A DNA stretch of 64,000 nt from the human T2T-CHM13v2.0 reference genome, Homo sapiens: NCBI RefSeq assembly GCF_009914755.1, contig NC_060941.1, one strand, 5' to 3'. Both the position numbers and the translations under genes were made by a program. The notes below the pieces were generated by a model that was not told the DNA's origin, searched no databases, and worked only from the letters and a program-made list of their open reading frames with translations. Positions 33,606 to 48,717 of the stretch are shown here, piece by piece (the stretch's first letter is position 1; each line of letters starts with the position of its first letter).

Positions 33606-34812
33606 TTATTACTATTTTCAACTGCCCATTGATCAGAGATTGATTTTCTGTCTTATGCCTCTTTGAAAACTCTTGGGAGGAACCTCTCAGTGCTTTTGTG
33701 TTTTAGAATCTCAAAATGGTTTTGCAGCCACACAGAGCCTCTGGGTGTGTAGCAGTGGCCGCGGAGTCAGGCGCCGGCCACTACGTGTCAGCCTAGCGCT
33801 GGCGGCACGTTGAGCTTCCTGCTCCCAGCCGTTCCCACTGACTCTGAATCAAGTCACGCCAGGGAGAGATGAGAGCAGCATGCTCGGAAGAGACAACCAC
33901 AGCTCTGAATCCCAGCCCAGAGCCTGTAACCCTGGTTACCCTGATTAAGCTCTGGAAAGCTACAAAACAAAGAAATGAAGATGAAATTAAAGTTCATAAC
34001 AGGAAAGCTAGAGACTGGGGCTTCCAGGGTTGCTTCCTGGCTATTAGCACCAGTTTCATCATTTTTTTCTCCCTGTGCAGCACTTTAATGTTTAATATCC
34101 TCTGTGAAATGGGGATGTTTTCTAGCAGAGAGCAGAGGTCATTATTTCACTGTTAAACCCCTCCATCTTCCTATCTGTCCCAGCATAATGTCCTCAGGAA
34201 TATGCAGATTTATTTGGGTCTATGATACATGCCCATCATGGGGCCAACACTTAGCCTACCAGTGACAGAGAAAATAGAAAAACAGTGTTTGGGCATATTA
34301 CAGATGCAAAAGAACATTTGATTAGCATCTCCATCTAGAGTCCCCTGTCCCATGTCCAGTAAATATATTGAGCATGTGTAATCCTAAGCCTGAGAGATGT
34401 GTTTTCAGGAGTATCCATTTAAACACGATACTACATTAGTATGGCACGCCTCCCAGACACTGCAAACCAGCCTTTAAACATTTGGACCATGGAGAAGCAC
34501 TAGTTAAAATGAAATAATTGCCTTATGGGGATTCCTCACACCATCCCTTACTTAGAAATTTATTATATGTATAGGAAGATAGGGAAGAATGTTCAAGGCC
34601 GTTACTATAATAGCATATGTAACAGGAAGGCACGTTGATGGAGAGCCATTATTTCAGGGTTATGTAATGACTTTATACTTCCCAAGGCCCTCATGCAGTA
34701 GGGTTTATTACTTATTCTTTCTTTGGAAAAAAATGTGAAAGAGCTCTAAACTGAGCACATCTGCCCATGCAGTCCCCATTTAACTAATGAGAAAGCAAAA
34801 CACAACCTGTGA

Positions 34813-34968
<156 letters not shown>

Positions 34969-35027
34969 TGAGTATTATTTTTTAAGTCCTTTAATTTGAA
35001 CAACCAAGTCCTACCAACTGGAAACTT

Positions 35028-35299
35028 CCTTTTTTTCCCCCCCGCTTGAGATTGGGGGTCTCACTCTGTCACTCAGGCTTTGCCTCCCAGGCTCGGGTGA
35101 TTCTCCCACCTCAGCCTCCTGAGTAGCTGGGACTACAGGCACACACCACCACGCCTGGCTAATTTTCTGTTTTTGGTAGAGATGGGGTTTCACCATCTTG
35201 CCCAGGCTGGTCCCGAACTCCTGAGCTCAAGCTGTCTGCCCACCTCGGCCTCCCAAAGTGCGGGGATTACAGGCGTGAGTGAGCCACCATGTCCAGCCC
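35028..35299 (-). mobile_element. AluJ-like with internal deletion
   Basis: Antisense Alu; CCAACTGG(A/G)AACTTC on both flanks. Confidence 0.85.
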
Positions 35300-37769
35300 C
35301 AACTGGGAACTTCTGCTGGGTGAAATGGGAAAGTGGGATTCTGCCCAGTTTTAGGTTGAATGTTATAAACCTAAACATGGGAGGCGGAGGGCAGATATAC
35401 TGGTAGGATCCATCTAAGATGGTTCCTAAGGAGCAGTTTATTCTATTTCCAGTATTTCCAATAAACTGGAGATGTTGCCATATCCCATCATCACCCAGGT
35501 CCACCCTTGTTGATGGAGTTATTCTTATCTGTTGAACAAATGGTTATCACACACCTGCTCTGCACCAGGCACTGGGGTTGCGAAAGGAACGAGGTGCTCC
35601 CTTTCCAGAGGGAGTTTACACTCCACCCTGGAGGTGGAGAAGTCACCTAACAATTAATAGTGCGTTGCTGTAACTTTAGAGACTTGCGCAGGATACCAGG
35701 ATAACACGTAAGCCCCTAAAAATCGGGGAGAGGGAAGTGCAACCCCACGAAATGACCGGCTCAGAGGTGGGGGAAGAGCCTTCCAGGAAGAGATGTGAAC
35801 AGAGGCAGAAGCAAGTCCAGGGAAGCAGCCTTGCAGCTCAGCAGGTGTGGGAGATGCTGTGAGATTATTTGAGGGGCGGGGGAAGGGGGGAACGTGGTAG
35901 GTGGGGCTCTGGGTGAAGAGCCTGGTAAGGAGCCTGGCTGTGGAGGAGGGAAGAGGGAAGGCACTGCAGTGGGGCTTGCACCATCAGATTCAGTTTTTGC
36001 AGAGCTCTCTGGGGGAAGAAGGAAGCATGAAAGGAAATGGTAGAGGCTGGTGCAGGCGCTGGTGAGACCCTTTATAGATAAGAAGGAATGGAGCTGTAGT
36101 TAGGGCTAGACCTTGGAGCCAAAGAGGAATAAGTGTCTTTGAAAAACACCCTGGAGGAAGAAAAGCAGAACTTATTGACTATGGAGGAGAGAAGAGATAA
36201 ACCTCTTCCAGTGAGACCCCATTTCAGGCTTGGGTCGGGGCAGCCACCAAGGAGGAGGTGGTTTGAGGGGAGATTCATGAGCTCAGTTAAGAACGTTTTA
36301 TTGGAACGCACCTGCATGATGGGATGCGGGAGTCGGCAGCACAGGAGGAAGACGTGGGCTCCAGGTGAAGATGAGAGATTCATCTGAGGGGTGTGGGGAG
36401 CTGGAACTTTGGTGCTGGAAAACATCATCTCACCTCTCAGGGGCCAGGAAGTCTCAGGAAACACCAGTGGAGCAAGCCTAAACAAAGGGCGAGTTTAGTT
36501 CCGCAGTGAGGAAACCTCGGGGGCATGTACCCTGATGAATGAAGTCAGCACCTGTTAATAGGATTCTGGCTGCTGTGCCATCTAAGAGACACATTGGAAG
36601 AATTTTTGGCCTGCGAGGGATTATGCACCCTAGGGAAGATTAACTGAAGGCAGAATAGGGAAATCTTTGGTTGCAAGCTTTAAAAGTGTGAAGGGGGATT
36701 TTTCTGCCTTTATTGATTGTTCCTTTTCAGTTTTCAGAAATGCCTGTCCTTTTCTTCTGTCTTATGTTGTAGTTATAAAGCCTTAAAATACTCAGATTGT
36801 AAAATAAAGCTTGGTCACACAGGACTGTAAAGAGCAGATAGCAGAGTCACCCTATGTTATAAAGTAACATAAAGGTGTCTGGTCCAATATCCTTTCATTA
36901 TATTATTTGTGTTGCAGAAAAGTTTAGAAAAGCATGAAAAATAATGTAAAGATCACCTGTAGTAATCCCATCTCTTCACCCTCCCCCTTTCTGTACTCTT
37001 CTAGCCTTCAGAGGTGGCCCCTCGTTAAGGGTTTGGTCTTGATCATTAGAGATTTTTTTTCCTCTCTGCTCGTGTAGACACGTGTGCTTATTTTGAGCCT
37101 CCTGCATGTGATATTTCCACAGGCACAGTCTTGTGGCTTCTTCGACTTCAAAGACTCCTGAATGCTATGCAGATTTTTAAATATTCGCCTCCTTTTAATC
37201 TGAGTTTCAGCTATTAATGTATTAACAATTTTGAAGTGATGGTAGTTACTGCTTTTTATTATGAATTATTTAAAAGAGTAAACTCAGATATGAATCTCTC
37301 CAACACTCGCAAGGAATGAAAACACTAGCTAAAGAGTTCATCACCCACTATACTTTGCCTTCCAGGGAGTAATTGTATTGTATTTTCAAACACCAGTGTA
37401 TTCTGCCAGTGAATAGGAAAATGGAAATTTTCTTTACGCCATACTCCTGATATAGAATAGTCTAACTGGTATCCACTCTTTAAATGATTGTATGAGAAAT
37501 TACTCTGCAGGCAATAAGCTACTTGTCCACCTTCCCCATAAGAGAATAAGAAGCCGGTTTCATTGGTTTTATTAGCTGTCTCATTCACGGATAAGCTGGA
37601 GGACGAAGTGATGGAGGGAGGACCGGGGGTTGGAAGAACACGATGCTGGTCTCTGAGAGCCTCTGGGTCTGACATTCTTTTCTCTCTTTGATGCTTGAAT
37701 TTGAGAATGAAAAGTATACAGGCATCTAAGGAAGCAAGTGAGAAACCTGAAGCCCGTTTTCTTTTGCAG

Positions 37770-37832
37770 ATTCTATGCGGCAGAGATTTCCATCGGATTG
37801 TTCTTTCTTCATAAAAGAGGAATCATTTATAG
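37770..37832 (+). CDS. PRKCA: PKC-alpha coding exon (exon 12)
   Basis: ttttgcag|A...AG|gtgtg; 63 nt, phase 2/2; (V)FYAAEISIGLFFLHKRGIIY(R). Confidence 0.98.
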
Positions 37833-38640
37833 GTGTGTATTGAAGCCCTCCTACCAGCAGCTCAGCAGAGAGGTTAGCTGGGCCTCTGTGGGCATGTCAT
37901 TCTGGAATGGTGACTTAAGACACAGAGTTGATAACTCCCCAGGAGGAACAGAGACCTGCTGGGACCCACCTTCCTCCTCACCCTGGAGGCAAATCAGAGC
38001 CACCTTCTGATTTCTAGACCGCAAAGACTTTATATCTTGTTTCTACTTTTTCCACAAGAAAACACATTTTTCTCTCCATTGACAGCTCCTTCCACTGCCT
38101 TTTCTTTGGAATGGAGGTCAGGGAGCAATGGAAACTGAATTCCTGTTATAGATGTTCAGCAGAAGAAGAACACAGGGAACTGGGGAGAGGCAAGGAAAAA
38201 AATCTATTGAATTAAATTCTGCCTGTTAGTAGCTGTGCTGAAAGTCTGGTGCCAAAGAAGGAAGAATTTCTTCCAGTATTAATTGAAGCATAATTAGAAG
38301 GATATATGGCACAGGCAGAATGGAAGGGACATGTGTATGACCCAGTGAAGTGGTTCTAAACCCGTGATTTTGCAAACCTGGTCATGTGTCAGACCCCCTG
38401 TGTGGGACATGAATAAATCAAATGATTGAGACTTTCCCAGACGTGCTCAATTGGAATCTCTAGAGTCACAGACATAGGCAAGATTGAGAATCACTAGTCC
38501 AGTCGTTTAGTAATCCATTCAGTATGCATTTAAGCACCTGCTGTAGCCTAGGCACAATATTAGTCTCTGAAGATATCAACACACATTGACTTCTGATACT
38601 ACAGTCCAGGGACTTATAGTTAATATTGCCATTGAGCTGA

Positions 38641-38916
<276 letters not shown>

Positions 38917-39158
38917 TAAACGCAGCCCTCTCATGGGTTATAGGGTCACTGGCGAATCATGAAGTCAGTGCATGGTCACAACCACTAAATGGACTAAACT
39001 GGACAAAACAGACTAAAATAGAGGAAATAGGAGAGCCCATTGCACATAGTAAGGTTGTGTCTTGCTTCCTGGAACTGTTGTTTGCTCCATGTGAGCCAGT
39101 TGCTTGGGAAAATGTATTTGTTACATGGTCATGGTCAAAATCATTTAAGAAACACTGT

Positions 39159-39590
<432 letters not shown>

Positions 39591-40777
39591 TCAGTGTGGT
39601 TCTAAGCAAAATGGTTCCAGGACTTGTATCTTGACAGCAGCGGCTGTGCTGCTCTGCTTTTGTTATAACACTTACAGAGGATTTTTTTTCCTGTTTTATG
39701 AAACATCCCACATGCCAATGATAGAATGGGTTGTCACTGTAGTCACTGTAGAGCCAACTTTCCATCCACACACAGTCCTATGGATGCCACAGTTTTTTCC
39801 CATCTGTACCCAGCATGGTGGAGACCAATGGATCCAAAGCTGAGCTGGCTTCAGCTCTTCACAGAGCCCTCAGATGAGCTGTTGGCAGCCGGTCTCACAT
39901 TTATTCAACAGATTACCCCATGCATTTATCTCAGAGACAGTAGGGATAGTGAAAAAGGCACCCACAAGCTCAGAAGTCAGACCCATGTGAGCTTCAATCT
40001 GGAATCTGTTATTTACAGACTGTGGGAACTCGGGTGAGTTACTTAACGTCTCTGAACCCCGTTTCTTCAGCGGCACCTTAGGGATAATATCCTCCTTGTA
40101 GAATTGCTGTGTGGACTGAAGTGCCTAATACAACATTTTGCATCTAGTAGACCCTCCATAGTCATTATTCCAAAAGGGAAGCTGCTTTTTATTCCTTTGT
40201 GAAGACCTTGTAGTTTTATGATATTTCAAGACAGCGTGGACACATAGACTTCATTTAGAAACTTAAATTCTGAATCGCATGGCCAGAGGTGATATGTGAT
40301 CTTGCTGCATAACTTACTGGGATTTTCCCCCAAAAGAACTCCCTCATTAGTACCTACAGACATGAGGTGAAATTAAATAGTCTTATTTTTCAAATATGAG
40401 GAATAGTCAGGGTACTGTCAGAAATACAATCTCTTGATGTAGTATTTATTCTGAAGCCTGTTACTAAATGACAGGTATTAAGCAGGCTGTGATTATGAGC
40501 CATTCAGCCTTCATTGAACAATTCAGCAGATGATGTAAAAGCTTAGTGATGGGGAATGGCAGCTTTTTTAGGAATAAAGGTGGCATTGAACCTCATCTCT
40601 ATTAAGACCAGGTCTCTCCTGTTCCGACAAATAGCTCCTTGTGTTCAGTAACACCTCAGCTATCTAATAACACCAGGAACAACAGTGTCCAGTAGAGACA
40701 AAATTTTCCATATCATTAAGGTTTGTCCATTTGAGTGTCTTGTCTTTTTTTGTTGTTGCGGTTCGGTATCATTCACG

Positions 40778-41271
40778 GTATGAGTTCCTGTTGCCACTGT
40801 AACAGATAACCACAAACTCAGCAGTTTAAAATAACTCAGATTTATTATCATGTGGTTCCGGAGATCAGAAGTCCAAAATCAGCCTCACTGGACTAAAGTC
40901 AAGCTGTGGGCAGGGCTGGTTTCTTCTGGAAGCTTTAGGGGAGAACCTGTTGCCATCCATGCCTTTTCCAACATCAAGAGGCCACCACCTGCATTCCTTG
41001 GTTCGTGGTGTCTTCTTCCCTCCCCCATGCAACGTAGCATCTTCCAATCTCTCTGTCTTTTCCAACTACAACCCTCCAGCCTCCCTCTTCTCCTACAAGG
41101 ATCTTTGGGATTATATGGGGCCCACTTGGATAATCCAGGATCATCTCCCTAGCTCAAGATCCTTAATTTGCCTCTGCAAAATCCTTTTTAATGCATAAAG
41201 GTAATAGATTCACAGGTTCCAGGGATAAGGATGTGGACATCTGTTGGGGAGAGGGGACTTAGTCTATCACA
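40778..41271 (-). mobile_element. MaLR LTR (MLT1-type)
   Basis: TGTAACAGATAACCACAAACTCAG...GGATAATCCAGGATCATCTCCC...CACAGGTTCCAGGGATAAGGATGTGGACATCT motifs. Confidence 0.7.
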
Positions 41272-41509
41272 CTTGTTATATGTTGGAGAACCTCCTCACT
41301 GTCCTCAACAGGGACACCTAAACACACTTCTGTCATGTCTTGGTAACTTCGGGCCTCTTCATACACAGAGAATACTCTGTTCTTGCTCTAGATACTTTCA
41401 CATCTGAAGCCTTCATTCCCCTCCTTACATCTACTGTACAAGCAATAATAGAGGAAGTGACCACCTTCTATTGTCTACCGTGTGCCAGGCACATGATAAA
41501 CTTTCTCTT

Positions 41510-41839
<330 letters not shown>

Positions 41840-42259
41840 TCATGACAAGCCCCACAGGGAGGTAGCATCAGATCTGTGTTTCAGATGAAGTGACAGAGGT
41901 GGTTAGTAACGTGTCTAAGGCCACGTTACTGAGAAATGCCAGAATTAGGCTTTGATCCCAAGCCCAGGTCACCTCCAAACCTTTGCACTGCTCACTACAC
42001 TAAACTGCTCGAAACTTGAGCGACTCACGTATCCAGACAGCACTCTGCGTGCTTACTGTGCTTAAGCATGGTGCCACGAGGGATACAAAAAGACATCAGA
42101 TGGCCCTTGCCCTCCAAGTGCTTTCAGTTTATAAGAAGTGACATCATACTGACCAGCAGGAATGAAAATCTATATGTGGATTCCAGTCAGCTTTCGTTGA
42201 AAACATCAGGCACCACTGCTTTGGAAAATCACCTTAAGGTTGTTTCACCTTTTTTGTTG

Positions 42260-42265
<6 letters not shown>

Positions 42266-42291
<26 letters not shown>

Positions 42292-42430
42292 GAGACAGAG
42301 CCTCACTCTGTTGCCCAGGCTGGAGTGCCACAGCTCACTGCAGCCTCAACTTCCTGGGCTCAGGGGATCCTCCTGCCTCAGTCCATAGGTTGCTGGTAGT
42401 ACAGGTGTGTGCCACCACCTGTGCCTAGCC
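42266..42430 (-). mobile_element. Partial Alu (one arm)
   Basis: Poly-T plus GAGACAGAGCCTCACTCTGTTGCCCAGGCTGGAGTG. Confidence 0.85.
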
Positions 42431-43189
42431 TGTTCCAGCTTTTGCTAGCATTTTTTCCTCATAAGTGTTCAGTAATTTGGCATATTTGGCCACACGAATA
42501 CTTACAGTATAGAGAAAGATCAGATAGGTTCAAGGTTTCAAAATGTGTGGAAAGGTTAAAATAATATTTCGTGTGGAAAATTCAAAATGTGTGGAAAGGT
42601 TAAAATAGTATTTGTCCTCTGTGCAAATACTCCTGTCAGGCAGAGACAAAATCATTATCTTGCATGGCATTCTCCTTAATAGGCAAAGCGGAGGCTTAAG
42701 TATTTATGGCTATTTGTTCAAAAACCTTGAAATCGATTAATACCTTAGCGTCTCCTTAGCCAGCGAAGCCGAGCTGAGGCAAAAAATGTCACTAACAGAT
42801 GAGAGTTTGAAGTTGAAATGGACACCCACAGAAGGAGCACTCATCAGAAAATGATTCCTAAAGCTGACACAGAGGGTCCTCTTTGCTTTGACATAGAAAG
42901 AATTCTTCAAGGTCAATGAGAGTCCTTGAGCAGGCCAAGCAAAGGCTTCATTTGGATTTAATCCATCTCTGAAACTTAGTTATTCTGGGCGTGTGTGATC
43001 CAGTCACAAGTCAAGTAGATTCCAGCAGCCAAGAATCAGGCTCCAGACACTAGCATTGCGCACTCTTGCCTGGAAGAAAGAGAAGCAGGAAGAGTGTCTG
43101 CTTCTGGCCTGTGTCCCGAGAACCCCCTACTGCAGTGAGAGCAAAGCTTTTCATTTTATTTATTTTATATAATTTTGTTCTAAGAACTT

Positions 43190-43480
43190 TATTTTTTTAA
43201 AGACAGAGTTTCGCTCTGTCGTCCAGGCTGGAGTGCAGTAGCAATCATAGCTCCATGCAGTCTCAATCTCCTGGGCTCAAGTGATCCTTCCACCTCAACC
43301 TCTTGGGTAACTGGGACTACAGGCATGTGCCACCACGCCTGCTAATTTTAAAAAAATTTTGTAGGGATGGGGGTCTCGCTGTGTTGCCCAGACTGGACTC
43401 AATTTCCTGGGCTCAGGCAGTCCTCCTGCCTTGGCCTCCCCAAGCACTAGAATTACAGGCCTGAGCCACTGTGCCCGGCC
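43190..43480 (-). mobile_element. AluJ
   Basis: Diverged antisense Alu. Confidence 0.9.
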
Positions 43481-45066
43481 CTGAAGTGAAGCTTTTTCAA
43501 GTGTGCCATGTAGAGTCTTCCTCACAGCATCGCTATGGCGGGGGCTACGTTAGACCACACACAAAGGACATCACCCGTGATACACTGACTTCTCTGCACC
43601 AACCTCCCTGAGCACTTCTGACTTGCCACATGTTAGTATGAGTAGAAGTTCAGTGACTTGCCCAAGGTCACATAGCTGGTAAGAGCAAAGGTGGGATTTG
43701 GATCCGAGATGTTCTGACCGGAGCCCGTACGTTCTTTTTACCTATTGCATTGTCTCCATAGATATGGGAGAAAAAGCAGGTGAAAGTGAGCACTCAGTTT
43801 GGGCCACGTTTTCTTGGCCACTCACTTATCTCAACGTGAATCAGGGACCTGAGTCATGATCAGAGATGCAGTGAATGACGCAGAATTGCATTCCAGCTGT
43901 TATCCCCAGGGAGATCCCTTAGAAACCAAGGGTGATCCAGCCACACGCAAGCCCCTCCCCAGCACGTGGGCATCGATCTGTTGGCATATTCAGGGTGCCC
44001 CCCGAGTGCTGGGCACTGTTCCAGGCCGGGGGGTGCCGGGCCAGAAAGAGGAGCCCAGAGGAGAGCTGGGAGGAGGGCCTTGGGGCTGGAGGCAGCTGGA
44101 AATCAGTGACTGCAGCCCAGGAGGACTGTGGATTTTGAGAGGTGGACAGGGCAGTATTCTCAGCAGTAACAGATGGTGCATCCAACACGGTTGAAATTTC
44201 CAGGGAAGAAGCTTGCAGACGTGGTTGCCTGACCTGCAGCCAGCTGCCTATCAGCAGATGGGCATACTCCTGGGAGGACTGGGGGCTTCATGGGTCCAGA
44301 GAGCTGAAGAGCCATTCTGGGGTCACAGCTTCTGCGTTCCCGCCCTACAGGAATGCCAGCCCACTGATGCCTGGGACAGCAGCCAGATTCCTGTATTTTT
44401 ATGTAAAATACACCTAATTGTTCCAAGTTGGCCCTAACATATGTTTTTTAACATGTGTATACAAGTGAAATTCAGCCAATGGGCTATCACCTATGACCTG
44501 TCTTCTTGAGGTCAAGAGTCCTATTAATATTTGGGGGGAGCATATTAAAGATGGGAGGAATAAAGACCAAAGGATGTCCATAGAGGTGGAAGCACTAGAC
44601 AGCCGTCTCGTTCTTGGACCCCAAGGAGGGCAAATGTTCATGAAGTCAGGGTGGCCAGGGACTGAGGAGGTCCAGCAGACGGGAGTGGGATGGGCAGAAG
44701 ATCTAGCCACTGGGACTTGATGATCCCTGAGAGAGCAGTGTTGGTAATGATGCCGGGATGGGGTGAGCGTGAGCATCAGCAGCGCAGCAGGAGGACCTTC
44801 CTTTGAGGACATCTATGGTAAATGGAAGGAAAGAAAGTGGACAGTCACTCCCAGGAAGGCAGGCTGAAGGAAGCATCATTTACGTGGCAGAAACTTGAGC
44901 CAAAGTTTCTAAGCCAAAGGGGAAATGCCGGAGAGAGAGAGGGAGGGCGGGAAGGAGGGAGGGAGAAAGAAGGAATGGGGCACCCGTGGTAAGGATGCCC
45001 TTCCCTCTCAGCTTCAGGAGGAAGGGGAGGGGCACACAGGAGACCTCACGGTGGCAGGAAAGCTGA

Positions 45067-45306
45067 AACCCCCTCCCTGGCCAGTCTGCATCTTCAGAGG
45101 GTGACACCAGGACGGGCGGGTATTAGGTATCTTGGCTCTGAATTGGAACCCCCTCCCTGGCCAGTCTGCATCTTCAGAGGGTGACACCAGGACAGGCGGG
45201 TATTAGGTATCTTGGCTCTGAATTGGAACCCCCTCCCTGGCCAGTCTGCATCTTCAGAGGGTGACACCAGGACGGGCGGGTATTAGGTATCTTGGCTCTG
45301 AATTGG
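45067..45306. repeat. Tandem repeat, 3 x 80 bp
   Basis: Unit AACCCCCTCCCTGGCC...CTCTGAATTGG at 45067, 45147, 45227; one substitution (GACAGG in copy 2). Confidence 0.97.
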
Positions 45307-47889
45307 GTATCTTGGAGAAGCCAAAGCCTTCACAGGGGCCCCAAGACCCTTTAGCACCTGCCTCCCCGCCCCATTCCCTCCCTGACCTCCTCCCCCTGCC
45401 CTCCACCCCTCCGGAGCTCTCTAGACCCATTGCACTAGCTCCCTTTCCACTCTCCAATTTGCCAGACCTCTCCATCCTCAGGCCAGTTCCTCTTCTTTTT
45501 CCTTCCACCCAGCATGTCCCACCCCAGGCATCTGCTCAGAGATCACCTTGGGGAGGCCCCCTGCCCTGGTGACCCTATTTGAACCTGCAAACCTCCAGTC
45601 CCATCCAGGACTGCTGACTCCTGTCCCTGCTGTTTTTCATGGCACTCATCCCCCTTGGAGGGACAAAGATGTACTCCTGAATTGATTTTTCAGTCTATCT
45701 CACCAAGCTCCACCACGGGCAGAATTTCATCTGGTGTTGGCTGCTGTGCCCCTACCCCAGGGTCTGGAGCCGTGCCTGGCACTCAGTGTGTACTTGGCAT
45801 GGGTGCCTGCACGCTGCGCTCCTGGATGTGGCCACCTAGGAATCTGCAGGGGAGACACCGCAGGAGGACAGAGATGAAGCCTTGGAGACTGAGAGGGGTG
45901 GAACTCTTTAGCCAGGTGATTGGAAGGGTGACTTCCAAGGCCATCACAGGTGTTGGGCTGATGGTATGTGACAGTGCAGAGAAGGGCCACACCACCTCAT
46001 GTCATCGGCTGAAGAGATCCAGCAGGTTGGGGGACCTGAGTGAAGGTCAATGGGACATCATCCCAGGTCCCCCAGACAGCCCCAGCTGACCCCAGAGACT
46101 TCTCCTGGCCTCTGGGGAAAGGATTGTAGAGAGGGATAGAAAATAAGAGTATCTAAAGGTTCAAAGAGAAAATAACTCATGTGGTATATACATGCAGCCG
46201 GGCAGTCAGGCAGTAAATTAGCACTCACCACCAAGAAGAAAGGGGGAGAATGAGATACAGGGAGAGAAAAGCCAATCAGCACCAGCAATGGCTCCTCTGA
46301 GATCAGCCGCTTCTGAACCATGGGCCCCGCACCAGCCCAGCATGGGCAGGAGCAAAGAAAAGCACTTGATGAAAGAAACAGAATGATAAACCAAAGGGCG
46401 GCTTTCTTTCTATCAAAGGCCAATTTCCCTCTATGGAGGGTCATGGTCCAGTGACTCCAGCGTTGCAAGAGAGAAAATGAAGCCGCCGCTTTCCCTCAAA
46501 GAAATATTTAAAGAGCCAAAGCCAGGCTTTCCTTTGGGGTCTTCTTTAAGTTGTGCGATTCTCAGATCTTTTCTAGGAATTATGTTGGTTTTATTATCTC
46601 ATATATTGTATTGTCTGCCTGCAGCTCTTTAACTGTCTCATAATTCTCCCCGCCTTGGAGTTTAATCAGTTTAGCCTCTTCTCTAGAGCACTGGGCACCT
46701 TCTGCGATATTGTGGTCTATGAAACAAATGTGGCCCGCTCCTTTCTTCTGAGCCTCCCCACTTCCAATCCTCCCTCCAGAAGTAACCAGCTCCTGGTGGA
46801 TTCGCTGCCCCTTCGCAAATGCCTGCTACATCCCAGACCAGGGCTGAGCACCTTGTTTATTTTGTTTAATCCTAAGTCAATTCTAATTCCTGGATGGTGA
46901 AACTGAGGCACAGAGATTTGTTAATTTTCCCCACCTCCCCAGTTCAATGCAGACTTGGTTTTGAACACAGGACTGAGCAGCTTTTCCCTGCGGTGACTGT
47001 TACCCTGGGAGGAAGGGCCTGCAGACATCAGCTCCAATGCTACCCAAACAACATGTCACTCCACATGTGCCAGTAAGCTGCTCTCACAGGCCTGTTATTG
47101 GCTTTCAGAGCTCAGATAATGCTCTGTTAGATTTTTACTCCTGGTATTTGGTGGCATGCTTTAATTAGCCCTTTATTTAGGGATTTGCTTAAATCCTGTA
47201 AAAGTGGGTCAGAGATTTCTGAGCTTATTTCGCCTCTTTCTTTGTAACATTGCCCAGGCGATGGCAGGATGGAGGTGGGTATCATGAGAGATTACTAACA
47301 TTTGTTCATTTCTTGCTATGCGCCATGCACTTAACGCCTGTTATCACATTTAATTCTTACAATAGCCCTCTAAGGTAAGTGGTATTATTCATGCTTTACA
47401 AACACTGTAAAGGAGACTTGGAGAGGAGACGGGACCTGCTCAGGGCTCACAGATGGCACATGGCAGGGGCAGAATGCTGGCCCGCCAGCCTCAGAGCACA
47501 GGCTGGCGCCCTGATGCCATCCACGGCCAGTTGCCACCTCAGTGTATCACTTATTGCCCTGTCTCCAAATCATATCTGTAGAGATCCACTAGACTTTGAG
47601 ACTTCTTGGTTCTGGAAAATCTTTTAATCCAGCTAATAAAGCTCTTACGACACAAGTTATTCCTAACTCACACTTCATTCCTTTACCATACAAGCAGTTA
47701 TTTTGTTCTGATGCATAATTAACATTTTGCACAGCTTCTCTGCTGACCCCAGAGGAGGCCTGAGATGAGCAGGGTCCTATAGGTGGGTGCTGAGCTGGGA
47801 CTCCTGCCCAGCTTTTCCCTAGCACCTCCTATGCCCCTGCCACCCTCAGAGGGAGAGACCAGGGACAAGGGCTGCTGCTTCCTTCCTCC

Positions 47890-48181
47890 CAGGAAGCATG
47901 GCTAGGGGGGGTCTCAGGAAACTTACAATCATGGCGGAAGGGGAAGCAGGCACATCTTCCATAGCCAGAGCAAGAGAGAGAGCAGGGAGGTGCTACACAC
48001 TTTCAAACAACCAGATCTCATGAGAACTCTGCCACGAGAATAGCACTAGGCGGATGATGCTAAACCATTCATGAGAAACTGCTCCCATGAGCCAGTCACC
48101 TCCCACCAGGCCCCACCTCCAGCACTGGGGATTACATTTCAACATGAAATGTGGGTAGGGACACAGATCCAAACTGTATTA
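47890..48181 (-). mobile_element. MST-type MaLR LTR, partial
   Basis: CTCAGGAAACTTACAATCATGGCGGAAGG...CACCTCCCACCAGGCCCCACCTCC...GGGACACAGATCCAAAC. Confidence 0.75.
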
Positions 48182-48367
48182 TAAACTCTGGCTACAGTAC
48201 TGCTATTTTAAGAACTTGGGGTGACATCTGTATAATAGGGTATAATCACAGCATCTTCCTGAAAGCCCAACTTTGAGGGCTCAGTGAGTCTGGCCATAAT
48301 GACTTAGCCTGCCTCAGAGGGAGCACTCCGGAAAGCCTTGTCCATTATTTGGCAGTTGTTTCAATTA

Positions 48368-48717
<350 letters not shown>

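Noticed and set aside
45067-45306. CRISPR-like array (also considered for 22216-22413)
   Set aside because: No unique spacers; plain tandem repeats in a primate intron.
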